Positions 28,511 to 36,286 of a stretch of DNA of 64,000 nt are shown here, piece by piece. Origin of the DNA: Gemmatimonadaceae bacterium. Lineage in GTDB: Bacteria > Gemmatimonadota > Gemmatimonadetes > Gemmatimonadales > Gemmatimonadaceae. Positions within the stretch are counted from its first letter, which is position 1. Each line of letters begins with the position of its first letter. The notes under the pieces are model-generated. The model was not told where the DNA came from. It did no database searches and saw only the letters and a list, made by a program, of their open reading frames with translations. The position numbers were made by a program, and so were the translations under genes. The DNA lies in contig JBHELX010000013.1 of assembly GCA_046262875.1 (NCBI GenBank), positions 17,973 to 81,972 of the forward strand. Direction: 5' to 3'.

Positions 28511-30099
28511 AAGAGCTCGAGACGGCTCTCGTTGCATTTCGCGATGTCTCGGAATGCGATGCGACTGTCTGGACCACGACGACGGGCGACAGGACCGAGC
28601 TTACCGCTGTCGCCCGTTCTTCACCAAAGACGCCCCCACCCGACGCTCTCCCTTCGGTAAACGCGACCGCGCCGCTGCGCACGAATGATGGGACAATGCT
28701 CGTCGCGCCCGTGCCCGGCGCCAAACGTACGTGGCTCGCTGTCGCCCCCTGTAGCGCCGCTGGTGAGCCGGCAGAGAGACACCTTCGCCTGCTGCTTCCA
28801 TTCGTCGCTCAGATTCTCCGCGGCGTTCAGGAAGTCGATCACGCAGCGCTCGAGCTTGCGGAGCGCTACGAAGAAATCAATCTGCTCTACACGATCGGTG
28901 AGATTCTCGGCCGAACGGTTACTCTCGAGGATGCCGCTCACACAATTCTTACCGAAATCTCCGAGACGGTGGGCGCGCGACACGCATCGATTCTCGTCCA
29001 CGAGCCGTCCACCGACACGCTGCATGTCGTCGCCGCCATTGGATCGGGATCCGAAGGTGCGCCTCCAATTCGCGTCGACGATGCGGAGTGCGTCTCCGCG
29101 AGAGTCTTTCGCACGCAGCATCCGCTGACTGTCGAAGAGAACGAGATGATCTGCGACGCCGAGCGTCCATATCGCCGCGGTGAGATGCTCTCGGTGCCGA
29201 TCATGTGGACGACGCCGTCCGGCGGCGAGCCACTCGGCGTTGTGAATCTGTCAGATCGACGAACGCACCAGCCATACAGCGCCGGCGATCAGAAACTTGT
29301 CGCCGCAATTGCAACACAGATCGGCACCGCGATTCAAAACGCGAGACTTGTCCGCTCCTCGCTCGAGCAACAGCGATTGCTGCAGGAGATGTATCTCGCG
29401 CACGACCTTCAAATGAAGCTGCTGCCGAATCCGGGAATCGTTGCTCCGGAAGCGAAAGTTGCTGCGCGCGTAATTCCGGCGGAAAGCGTTGGCGGTGATT
29501 TCTATCATCTATTCAGAATGCCGGCGGGCCGCACTGGAGTGATGGTCGGCGACGTCTCCGGTCACGGCTATCGCGCAGCGTTGATAATGGCGCTCGCGAT
29601 GAGTGCTGCTGCGATCCACGCGCAAGCTGCGGCTGATCCCGGGCAAATGCTATCGCTGCTGCTGGCCACGCTGCGCGAAGAGCTGGCGACTACCGAGATG
29701 TTCATCTCGATGTTTTATGGAGTGATCGAGAAAAAAACTTCGACTCTCCGGTACTCGAATACAGGTCACCCGCACGCATTTATTTTTGGCGCCAAAGGGG
29801 CTCCTCGTCGCCTGGTCGCGCATGGTCCTCCTCTAGGAATGAGTGAGGAAGTTCCCGGAGCCGCCGCGGAGCCGTGGAAAAAAGGCGAGGACCTTCTTGT
29901 CCTGTTCACCGACGGAGTTATCGATGCCCGCAACCCGGCAGGAGACCGACTCGGCGAATCCAAAGTTCTCGATGTCATAAGCAAGCATCGCTCGGAGCCG
30001 CCAGATGAAGTTTTGCGAAGCGTGTTCGACATGCTCGACTCGCATACCGGCGGTGCGCCAAGCGACGATGATTTGACGCTCCTGGTTCTTCGCAGCTGA
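28507..30099 (+). CDS. GAF + PP2C (SpoIIE/RsbU-like) Ser phosphatase
   Basis: GAF domain, VGGDFY, GDVSGHG, FTDGV, DDLT. Confidence 0.9.
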   Translation: MKELETALVAFRDVSECDATVWTTTTGDRTELTAVARSSPKTPPPDALPSVNATAPLRTNDGTMLVAPVPGAKRTWLAVAPCSAAGEPAERHLRLLLPFVAQILRGVQEVDHAALELAERYEEINLLYTIGEILGRTVTLEDAAHTILTEISETVGARHASILVHEPSTDTLHVVAAIGSGSEGAPPIRVDDAECVSARVFRTQHPLTVEENEMICDAERPYRRGEMLSVPIMWTTPSGGEPLGVVNLSDRRTHQPYSAGDQKLVAAIATQIGTAIQNARLVRSSLEQQRLLQEMYLAHDLQMKLLPNPGIVAPEAKVAARVIPAESVGGDFYHLFRMPAGRTGVMVGDVSGHGYRAALIMALAMSAAAIHAQAAADPGQMLSLLLATLREELATTEMFISMFYGVIEKKTSTLRYSNTGHPHAFIFGAKGAPRRLVAHGPPLGMSEEVPGAAAEPWKKGEDLLVLFTDGVIDARNPAGDRLGESKVLDVISKHRSEPPDEVLRSVFDMLDSHTGGAPSDDDLTLLVLRS

Positions 30100-30101
30100 C
30101 G

Positions 30102-30935
30102 TTGACGCGCAAGCGGCCGCATCCGCCGGTTCTGAAAAGATTCGGTCAACATTTTCTCAACGACCGATCAGCGCTCGAGGACATCGCCGATGCCGGAGGG
30201 GCGTCTGGAAGCGATATCGTGATAGAGATCGGACCGGGAAGGGGGTCGCTCACCGAGCTGCTGCTTGCACGCGCGGCCCGGGTGATCGTCATCGAGATCG
30301 ATCACATGCTCGCCGAACGCCTGCGCGAGCGGTACGCGAGTAATCAACGAATCACCGTCGTGGAGTCGGATGTCCTCGAGGTGCGCTTTACCGATCTCGT
30401 GAACGAGCCATTCATCGTAGTCGGAAACGTGCCGTATTACATCACGACGCCGATACTCTTTCACACGCTAGGGGCGCCGTTACCGAAGCGATGCGTTTTT
30501 CTCGTCCAGCATGAGGTGGCCGAACGAATAGTTGCGACACCCGGCTCGCGCGATTACGGCGCACTCACGGTGAATGTGCAGGCGGTCGCGCGCGCTGAAA
30601 TCGTGCGAGGTGTTCCTCCCGGCGCATTCAGCCCGCCGCCGAAAGTCGATTCAGCTGTCGTGCGGCTAACGCCATTAGACTCGCCGCTCATTCCCGTCGA
30701 GGAGCTGGACGAATTTCGTTCTTTTGTGCTCGCCGTATTCGGAATGAGGCGCAAACAAATCGCCAATGTTTTGCGGTCGGTGCGTCGAATATCACTCGAG
30801 CGCGCCAATGAAATCCTGGCGAGCGAAGGAATCGATCCGACAGCCAGACCCGAAATGTTGAGTCCGCTACAGCTCGCGGCGTTAATGCGGAATACAAGAG
30901 CGAATGAGCGGTTGAGCGAATCGAGCGATTGGTGA
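30102..30935 (+). CDS. rsmA: 16S rRNA dimethyladenosine transferase RsmA/KsgA
   Basis: KRFGQHFL, EIGPGRG, GNVPYYIT, FSPPPKVDS. Confidence 0.95.
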   Translation: MTRKRPHPPVLKRFGQHFLNDRSALEDIADAGGASGSDIVIEIGPGRGSLTELLLARAARVIVIEIDHMLAERLRERYASNQRITVVESDVLEVRFTDLVNEPFIVVGNVPYYITTPILFHTLGAPLPKRCVFLVQHEVAERIVATPGSRDYGALTVNVQAVARAEIVRGVPPGAFSPPPKVDSAVVRLTPLDSPLIPVEELDEFRSFVLAVFGMRRKQIANVLRSVRRISLERANEILASEGIDPTARPEMLSPLQLAALMRNTRANERLSESSDW

Positions 30936-30956
30936 TTCGCGATCGCTCAATCGCTC
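30906..30956. repeat. Octamer (GAGCGATT) palindromic element spanning the stops of rsmA and rex
   Basis: gagcggtt-gagcgaatc-gagcgatt ... gatcgctc-aatcgctc; same family as 57485-57648. Confidence 0.75.
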
Positions 30957-31573
30957 TTATTGGTCAGAGCGAAGGTGAGTGCTTCGAGCTCCATCGCCAT
31001 GTTGACTGTGCGAAGTGAGACATCGTGCGGTACGTTGAGCTGCGCCGGGGCAAAATTCAGAATCGCTTTGATGCCCGCCTTCACTGCGCGATCGACGAGC
31101 TTCTGAGCTGCGTCGGGTGGCACTGCGAGCACTGCGATCTGATATCGCCTGGACGAGATGTCTCGCTCGAGCTCGCTCTCTGGACGAACGGTTATCTCTC
31201 CCCAACGCGTGCCGATTTTCTCGGGGTCGGCGTCGTACACACCGCTGACGACAAATCCGCGGTCCGCGAATCCTTCGTACCGCGCGAGCGCCGCGCCAAT
31301 CTTTCCGGCGCCGATGATGCAGACTCGCCACTGCTTACCAAGTCCGAGAATCTGGCGAAGTCGCGACGACAGCTCTGGAACGGAATAGCCGAGGCCGCGC
31401 TTTCCGAATGACCCAAAAAACGAAAGATCTTTTCGCACCTGCGCGGAGGTTGTTCCTCCGAGGTGCGCCAGATCATCGCTCGATGTTGTAGTGACTCCCC
31501 TCGCCTCGATCTCTTCGAGAAAGCTGAGGTAGAGCGACAGCCGTCTGATTGTGGATTCTGCGATGCGTCTCAA
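30947..31573 (-). CDS. rex: Redox-sensing transcriptional repressor Rex
   Basis: STIRRLSLY, QVRKDLSFFGSFGKRGLGY, GAGKIG, ILNFAP. Confidence 0.96.
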   Translation of the reverse strand: MRRIAESTIRRLSLYLSFLEEIEARGVTTTSSDDLAHLGGTTSAQVRKDLSFFGSFGKRGLGYSVPELSSRLRQILGLGKQWRVCIIGAGKIGAALARYEGFADRGFVVSGVYDADPEKIGTRWGEITVRPESELERDISSRRYQIAVLAVPPDAAQKLVDRAVKAGIKAILNFAPAQLNVPHDVSLRTVNMAMELEALTFALTNKSD

Positions 31574-31581
31574 AGTCGTGC

Positions 31582-31599
31582 TTGTGAATTAGTTCACAA
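31582..31599. promoter_or_regulatory. Rex operator (ROP)
   Basis: Perfect TTGTGAA-TTAG-TTCACAA palindrome matching the TTGTGAA-N4-TTCACAA consensus, 9 nt upstream of the rex start. Confidence 0.9.
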
Positions 31600-31606
31600 G
31601 TTAGCC

Positions 31607-31683
31607 CGGCTGTCGGCTACCCGCTACCGCCTACCGGCGGGCACGCCGGGAGCGGGCAGCCGGCGGCCGGTAGTCGGCAGCCG
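31607..31683. repeat. Heptamer (CGGCTAC family) palindrome between rex and arcA
   Basis: cggctgt-cggctac-ccgctac-cgcctac ... ggcagcc-ggcggcc-ggtagtc-ggcagcc; outer 15 bp pair with two G-U. Confidence 0.8.
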
Positions 31684-31724
31684 CCTGCGTTCCTCTTAGC
31701 TGCTTCTAGACACTATTTTGCATC

Positions 31725-32960
31725 ATGGCAGTTCATGTAACTTCTGAGATCGGCGCTCTCAAATCTGTCCTCGTCCACCCTCCGGGGGCGGAGCTCTACG
31801 CCGTCACGCCTTCGACTCGGGAAGACTACCTGTACGACGACATCATGGATGTCGCGTCAGCCCAGCGTGAACACCGCCGATTCGTTGCCATACTCGAGCG
31901 TTTTGCGGAAGTGAATTACGTGCACGATCTCCTCGCTGAGGTGCTCACGGATCCTGAAGTAAAAGAGGGACTCATCCGCGATACCCTCGACATTCTTCCA
32001 TCGGTGCCGATCGCACGCGAGCTCGAAAAAATGGATCCGGCAGAACTCGCGAGTGCGCTCATCGAGGGTCGCGAGGAATCGCCAGGTCCCCTCGCTGCCG
32101 CATTGAACGAAGGCGGTTACGCGCTGCCGCCACTTCCAAATCTGTTCTTCACGCGTGACGTCGCAGTCGGCCTCAACGAACACATCATGATTGGCTCGAT
32201 GAGATACAGTATTCGGTGGACCGAAGCGCTGGTGATGAAGGCGATCTTCACTCACAATCCGCGTCTGGCGAATCGAGGGATCATTTACGATGGTTCCATC
32301 GAGCACCGACTGAACTACACACTCGAGGGCGGCGACGTACATCCCATGCGTCGTCAGACTCTCATGATCGGCTTCAGCGAGAGGTCGAGTCCAGCGGCGA
32401 TCGATCAGCTCGCATCGGTTCTCTTCAGCAACACCGATGTCGAGCAGATTGTTATTGTGGTCATGCCGGGTGAAGACATCGCGATTCATCTCGACATGAT
32501 TTTCACGCAAGTGGATCGGCATCTGTGCGTCGTCTATCCACCGCACTTCATTGGTCCTGGTCGTTTGCCGATTCTTCTCTGGAACAAAGGCGCCGAGCGA
32601 ATGCGCGAGATGCCAAGTGTATTCGCGGCGTTGGAAGAGTGCGGGATTCCGATGGAGCCGATCCTTTGCGGAGGTCCTCGAAGGAAGATGCAGGAGAGGG
32701 AACAGTGGTCGTCCGGTTGTAATTTCGTTGCGGTAAAGCCGGGTCTCGTCCTATCGTACGCTCGCAACGATCTTACGCTGCATGAAATGGAGAAAGCTGG
32801 CTTCAACGTGATTACAGGATCGGATTTTCTCTCAAACGCGCGCAGCGTCGCCGACAATGACCGCGCGGTGGTCACGTTTGACGGCGCGGAGCTCGTGCGT
32901 GGCGGCGGCGGTGCCCGCTGCATGACGTGTCCACTCGTGCGGGAAGATCCGTGGGCGTGA
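31725..32960 (+). CDS. arcA: Arginine deiminase
   Basis: SEIGALK.VLVHPPG, PNLFFTRD, LEGGD, HLD, GGGGARCMTCPL with catalytic Cys. Confidence 0.9.
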   Translation: MAVHVTSEIGALKSVLVHPPGAELYAVTPSTREDYLYDDIMDVASAQREHRRFVAILERFAEVNYVHDLLAEVLTDPEVKEGLIRDTLDILPSVPIARELEKMDPAELASALIEGREESPGPLAAALNEGGYALPPLPNLFFTRDVAVGLNEHIMIGSMRYSIRWTEALVMKAIFTHNPRLANRGIIYDGSIEHRLNYTLEGGDVHPMRRQTLMIGFSERSSPAAIDQLASVLFSNTDVEQIVIVVMPGEDIAIHLDMIFTQVDRHLCVVYPPHFIGPGRLPILLWNKGAERMREMPSVFAALEECGIPMEPILCGGPRRKMQEREQWSSGCNFVAVKPGLVLSYARNDLTLHEMEKAGFNVITGSDFLSNARSVADNDRAVVTFDGAELVRGGGGARCMTCPLVREDPWA

Positions 32961-33853
32961 GTCGAGGCGGAATGGACACGCGGGCGGAATCGAGCTTCCT
33001 CGCCGAGCGTGCCGCGCAATTTTTGAAAGAGGGACCAGCCGATCCCGTATCCCTGATTGGACACGTCTGCAATCTTCCCGGCGCGCCGCGCATCGTTGCC
33101 GAGCACATGGCGGAGGCGATCTTCGCTGGGCGTCCTGAATTCCTGCGCGATGATTCCGGTCGTTGGCTACTCACGTCTGTGTCGGACGCCGGAGCAACGC
33201 GTTTTATCGATCCGGATTTGCTGACACAGCTTTCCTATGTCGTCGTCGATCTCGAGACGACCGGAACTCAGCATTATGGTGGCGACCGCATCATCGAAGT
33301 CGCGGCGGTTGTGGTCCGAAATGGAAAAATTGCGGAAGTGTTCGAAAGTCTCGTGAATCCGGATCGTCCCATTTCGCCGTTCGTTTCGAGACTCACTCAA
33401 ATCACGTGGCAGATGGTGAAGGATGCGCCACGTTTCGCCGACATCGAGCCGAAGCTGCTCGATTTTCTGACCGGTCACGTGTTCGTTGCCCACAATTCGA
33501 ATTTCGATTGGCGTTTTCTTTCGAGCGAAGTGCGTCGCGCGTCGGGTCGCGAGCTTGTCGGACGACGGATTTGCACAGTGCGGCTCACGCGGCAGGTGTT
33601 GCCGCAACTTTCGCGACGATCACTCGATTATCTCGCGTCGTATTACGGCGTGAAGATCACGAATCGCCACCGTGCAGGTGGGGATGCAATCGCAACCGCG
33701 CATTGCCTCATACGTCTTCTCGCCGATGCCGCAGATCGCGGATGTGAGACGTGGGACGATCTCCACCGTCTCGTCACGTACCGGCGCAAGCGCGCCCGCA
33801 AGCGACGTCGATCCGCTCTGCCCGGTCCGGCAGAAAACGACAGGACCGCGTGA
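32957..33853 (+). CDS. DEDDh 3'-5' exonuclease (DnaQ/epsilon-like) with N-terminal extension
   Basis: VVDLETTG, AHNSNFD, HRAGGDA. Start uncertain: GTG 32957 overlapping the arcA stop, or ATG 32972. Confidence 0.85.
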   Translation: MSRGGMDTRAESSFLAERAAQFLKEGPADPVSLIGHVCNLPGAPRIVAEHMAEAIFAGRPEFLRDDSGRWLLTSVSDAGATRFIDPDLLTQLSYVVVDLETTGTQHYGGDRIIEVAAVVVRNGKIAEVFESLVNPDRPISPFVSRLTQITWQMVKDAPRFADIEPKLLDFLTGHVFVAHNSNFDWRFLSSEVRRASGRELVGRRICTVRLTRQVLPQLSRRSLDYLASYYGVKITNRHRAGGDAIATAHCLIRLLADAADRGCETWDDLHRLVTYRRKRARKRRRSALPGPAENDRTA

Positions 33854-34761
33854 CCAAGCCGCTTCCACTCGTTGAATCGCGGCCTGTAGGCGCGCTCACT
33901 ATTCACGCCATTCAAGCCGGCGGACAGAGGCTCGATGGCGGCGCGATGTTCGGCGTCGTTCCAAAGCCGCTCTGGGAACGAAGAATTCCCGCCGATGATC
34001 GAAACAGAATTCAGCTTGGCATGCGAACACTTCTTGTCGAGCATCCGTCCGGCCTGGTGCTGATCGACACCGGAGCAGGCAACAAGGAAGACAAGAAGTT
34101 CAAGGACATTTACGGAATCGAGAACGAAGGCGAAGAGGGGCGTACATCTCTCGAGGACGGATTGCGACAAATCGGCGTTCGACCCGAAGACATCGGCATC
34201 GTGATCGACACGCATCTTCATTTCGATCACGCGGGGGGCAACACCTACCGCGACGAATCGAACGCAATCAAGGCGTCGTTCCCGAATGCGCGGTATTTCG
34301 TGAAGCGCGGCGAATACGATTACGCAACTCATCCGAATGAGCGAACGAGCGCGAGCTATTTCGAGCGTAACTTCATGCCGATTGTTGCCGCCGGAAAATT
34401 CGAGTTCGTGAGTCGCGAGCGGGAGATCGTGAAGGGAATTCGCGTCATTCCAACTCCGGGCCATACGCCGTTCCACCAGAGCGTATTGATCGAATCAGCC
34501 GGAGAGAAGGCGTTTTTTCTGGGCGACATGTGCCCGACGCACGCGCATCTTCCGCTTCCGTGGATCATGGGCTACGACGTCGAGCCCCTCGTGACGCTCG
34601 AGACGAAGCGTCGAATATTCCGTCAGGCGGAAGATGAAGATTGGCTCATGATCTTCGAGCACGATGCGTCGATTGCGTGGGGAAGAATTCAGCATGATGG
34701 TCGCGCGTACAGAATTCGCGATAACGTAAACGCGAAACCTGAAGGTCCGAGGTCTGAGTAA
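33850..34761 (+). CDS. MBL-fold metallohydrolase (YtnP-like)
   Basis: LDGGAMFGVVPKPLW, THLHFDHAGG, PGHTPFH, FEHD; GTGA overlap at 33850. Confidence 0.88.
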   Translation: MTKPLPLVESRPVGALTIHAIQAGGQRLDGGAMFGVVPKPLWERRIPADDRNRIQLGMRTLLVEHPSGLVLIDTGAGNKEDKKFKDIYGIENEGEEGRTSLEDGLRQIGVRPEDIGIVIDTHLHFDHAGGNTYRDESNAIKASFPNARYFVKRGEYDYATHPNERTSASYFERNFMPIVAAGKFEFVSREREIVKGIRVIPTPGHTPFHQSVLIESAGEKAFFLGDMCPTHAHLPLPWIMGYDVEPLVTLETKRRIFRQAEDEDWLMIFEHDASIAWGRIQHDGRAYRIRDNVNAKPEGPRSE

Positions 34762-34841
34762 CCAACGATCTCAGGCACGAGGTGAGGTGCCAGGGACCTC
34801 GCCTCGAACCTGGACGGCTCGGCGTCTAAGACGTCGGACCT
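34743..34841. repeat. GGTCCGA-family palindromic element at the MBL gene 3' end (possible terminator)
   Basis: Outer arms aggtccgaggtctgag / ctaagacgtcggacct (14/16), inner arms caggcacgaggtgaggt / acctcgcctcgaacctg, then a T-rich tract. Confidence 0.8.
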
Positions 34842-34862
34842 CTTTTCTCCGCTTTTGATCCG

Positions 34863-34891
34863 TTGCTTGATTGTCCCAAGGCGTTTACTGT
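34863..34891 (+). promoter_or_regulatory. Putative sigma70 promoter of the infC operon
   Basis: TTGCTT-17 nt-TACTGT. Confidence 0.5.
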
Positions 34892-34904
34892 TAGTGAGTT
34901 ACAA

Positions 34905-35070
34905 AACGACAAGCAGACGGTCCGGGCGGATCGTCTCACCCTCTGGCCCTCGCACTGAGCGAGGCGTGCTGCAGGAGTTCATGCCGAGCGGGGCCGGACG
35001 ATCATTCCGGTCTCGATTCCGCGCGGGCTTCTGAAAAGGGGCTCGCGCTTTTCGTTTTCAGTTTTCTTCA
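34905..35070 (+). ncRNA. L20-leader-like cis-regulatory RNA with attenuator terminator
   Basis: AAGC-AGACGGTCC(gggc)GGATCGTCT-CACC, second hairpin CCTCGC/GCGAGG, terminator GCGCGGGCTTC(tgaaaa)GGGGCTCGCGC+TTTTCGTTTT, upstream of infC-rpmI-rplT. Confidence 0.6.
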
Positions 35071-35086
35071 AAAGAGGTAGACAAGT

Positions 35087-35602
35087 ATTCAGGACACAAC
35101 AAAAAGAGTTCGCGTGAACCGGCAGATTCGTATCAGCCCGCTTCGCGTGATTGCCGCGGATGGCGCGCAGCTTGGAATCATGGACGTCGAATCAGCGTTG
35201 GCCGCCGCGGTAGAGCAGGGGTTGGATCTCGTCGAAGTCGCACCGCTCGCTCGTCCCCCGGTAGTTCGCATCATGGACTACGGAAAGTTCAAGTTCGAGC
35301 AGGCGAAGATGGCTCGGCAGGCAAAGAAAAAGCAGCACGTGATCCATCTCAAGGAAGTGAAGTTTCGTCCTGGAATTGAAGAGCACGATTTCGCCACGAA
35401 GACGCGACACGCTCGCGAATTTCTGGCGGACGGAAACAAAGTGAAGGTGACGCTGATGTTTCGCGGGCGTCAAATCGCGCATCCGGAGCTCGGGCGCGTG
35501 GTAGTGAATCGCGTTGCACAGGAGCTTGCTGACGTGGCGAAGATCGAGACGGAAGCAAAGTTCGAGGGAAAGTTCATGACGATGATTCTCGCGCCCAAAT
35601 AG
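35087..35602 (+). CDS. infC: Translation initiation factor IF-3 (ATT start)
   Basis: GAGGT SD, 8 nt, then in-frame ATT at 35087 (IQDTTKRVRVNRQIR); PPVVRIMDYGKFKFE, KEVKFRP, GNKVKV. Confidence 0.93.
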   Translation: MQDTTKRVRVNRQIRISPLRVIAADGAQLGIMDVESALAAAVEQGLDLVEVAPLARPPVVRIMDYGKFKFEQAKMARQAKKKQHVIHLKEVKFRPGIEEHDFATKTRHAREFLADGNKVKVTLMFRGRQIAHPELGRVVVNRVAQELADVAKIETEAKFEGKFMTMILAPK

Positions 35603-35639
35603 CGCGAGACTCGAAGTCGCCAACGAATAGAGATCAGAA

Positions 35640-35837
35640 ATGCCGAAGATGAAGAGTCACCGGGGCGCGAGAAAGCGCTTCAAGCTTACGGGGACGGGCA
35701 AGGTCAAACGCTTCAAGGCGTTCAAGAGCCACATCCTCACGAAGAAGACTTCCAAGCGAAAGCGCCGGCTCCGCCGGGCAACCACGATCACCGTGCGCGG
35801 CGAAGCAAAGAACTTGAAGCGCCTCCTACAGGCGTAA
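35640..35837 (+). CDS. rpmI: 50S ribosomal protein L35
   Basis: [28 protein letters not shown]. Confidence 0.97.
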   Translation: MPKMKSHRGARKRFKLTGTGKVKRFKAFKSHILTKKTSKRKRRLRRATTITVRGEAKNLKRLLQA

Positions 35838-35849
35838 AGGAGACACACT

Positions 35850-36212
35850 ATGCCTCGCGTCAGATCCAACGTCGTGCGCCTGAAGCGCAAGAAGCAGGTT
35901 ATGAAGGCCGCTCGCGGCGCATTCGGCGCTCGCAGCAAACTCTGGAAGGCAGCGAAAGAAAATGTCGAGCGCGGCTGGAAATACGCGTACCGCGACCGCA
36001 AGAACAAGAAGCGCGATTTCCGAAAGCTGTGGATCGTGCGGATAAATGCCGCCGCACATCAGCACGACATGAGCTACAGCGTGTTCATGAACGGACTGAA
36101 GCGCGCGGGCGTCGAGATCGATCGCAAGGTTCTCGCTGACATTGCGGTGAACGATCCGGATGCTTTTGGAGCACTTGCTGAAGCAGCACGGGCCGCGCTC
36201 GCAGCAGCGTAA
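35850..36212 (+). CDS. rplT: 50S ribosomal protein L20
   Basis: [40 protein letters not shown]. Confidence 0.97.
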   Translation: MPRVRSNVVRLKRKKQVMKAARGAFGARSKLWKAAKENVERGWKYAYRDRKNKKRDFRKLWIVRINAAAHQHDMSYSVFMNGLKRAGVEIDRKVLADIAVNDPDAFGALAEAARAALAAA

Positions 36213-36217
36213 GAAAT

Positions 36218-36260
36218 GACGCACTGCGCGCTGCCCGACTCGCTGGGCGCGCGGTGCGTC
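36218..36260 (+). other. GC-rich hairpin between rplT and pheS, no U tract
   Basis: gacgcactgcgcgc / gcgcgcggtgcgtc, 14 bp with one G-U. Confidence 0.55.
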
Positions 36261-36286
36261 CAGCTGTCGCCTACCCGTGAGGTGAA

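Noticed and set aside
36213-36286. T-box or pheM-type attenuator before pheS
   Set aside because: Only 74 nt, with a single hairpin, no T-box consensus, no Phe-rich leader peptide and no U tract.
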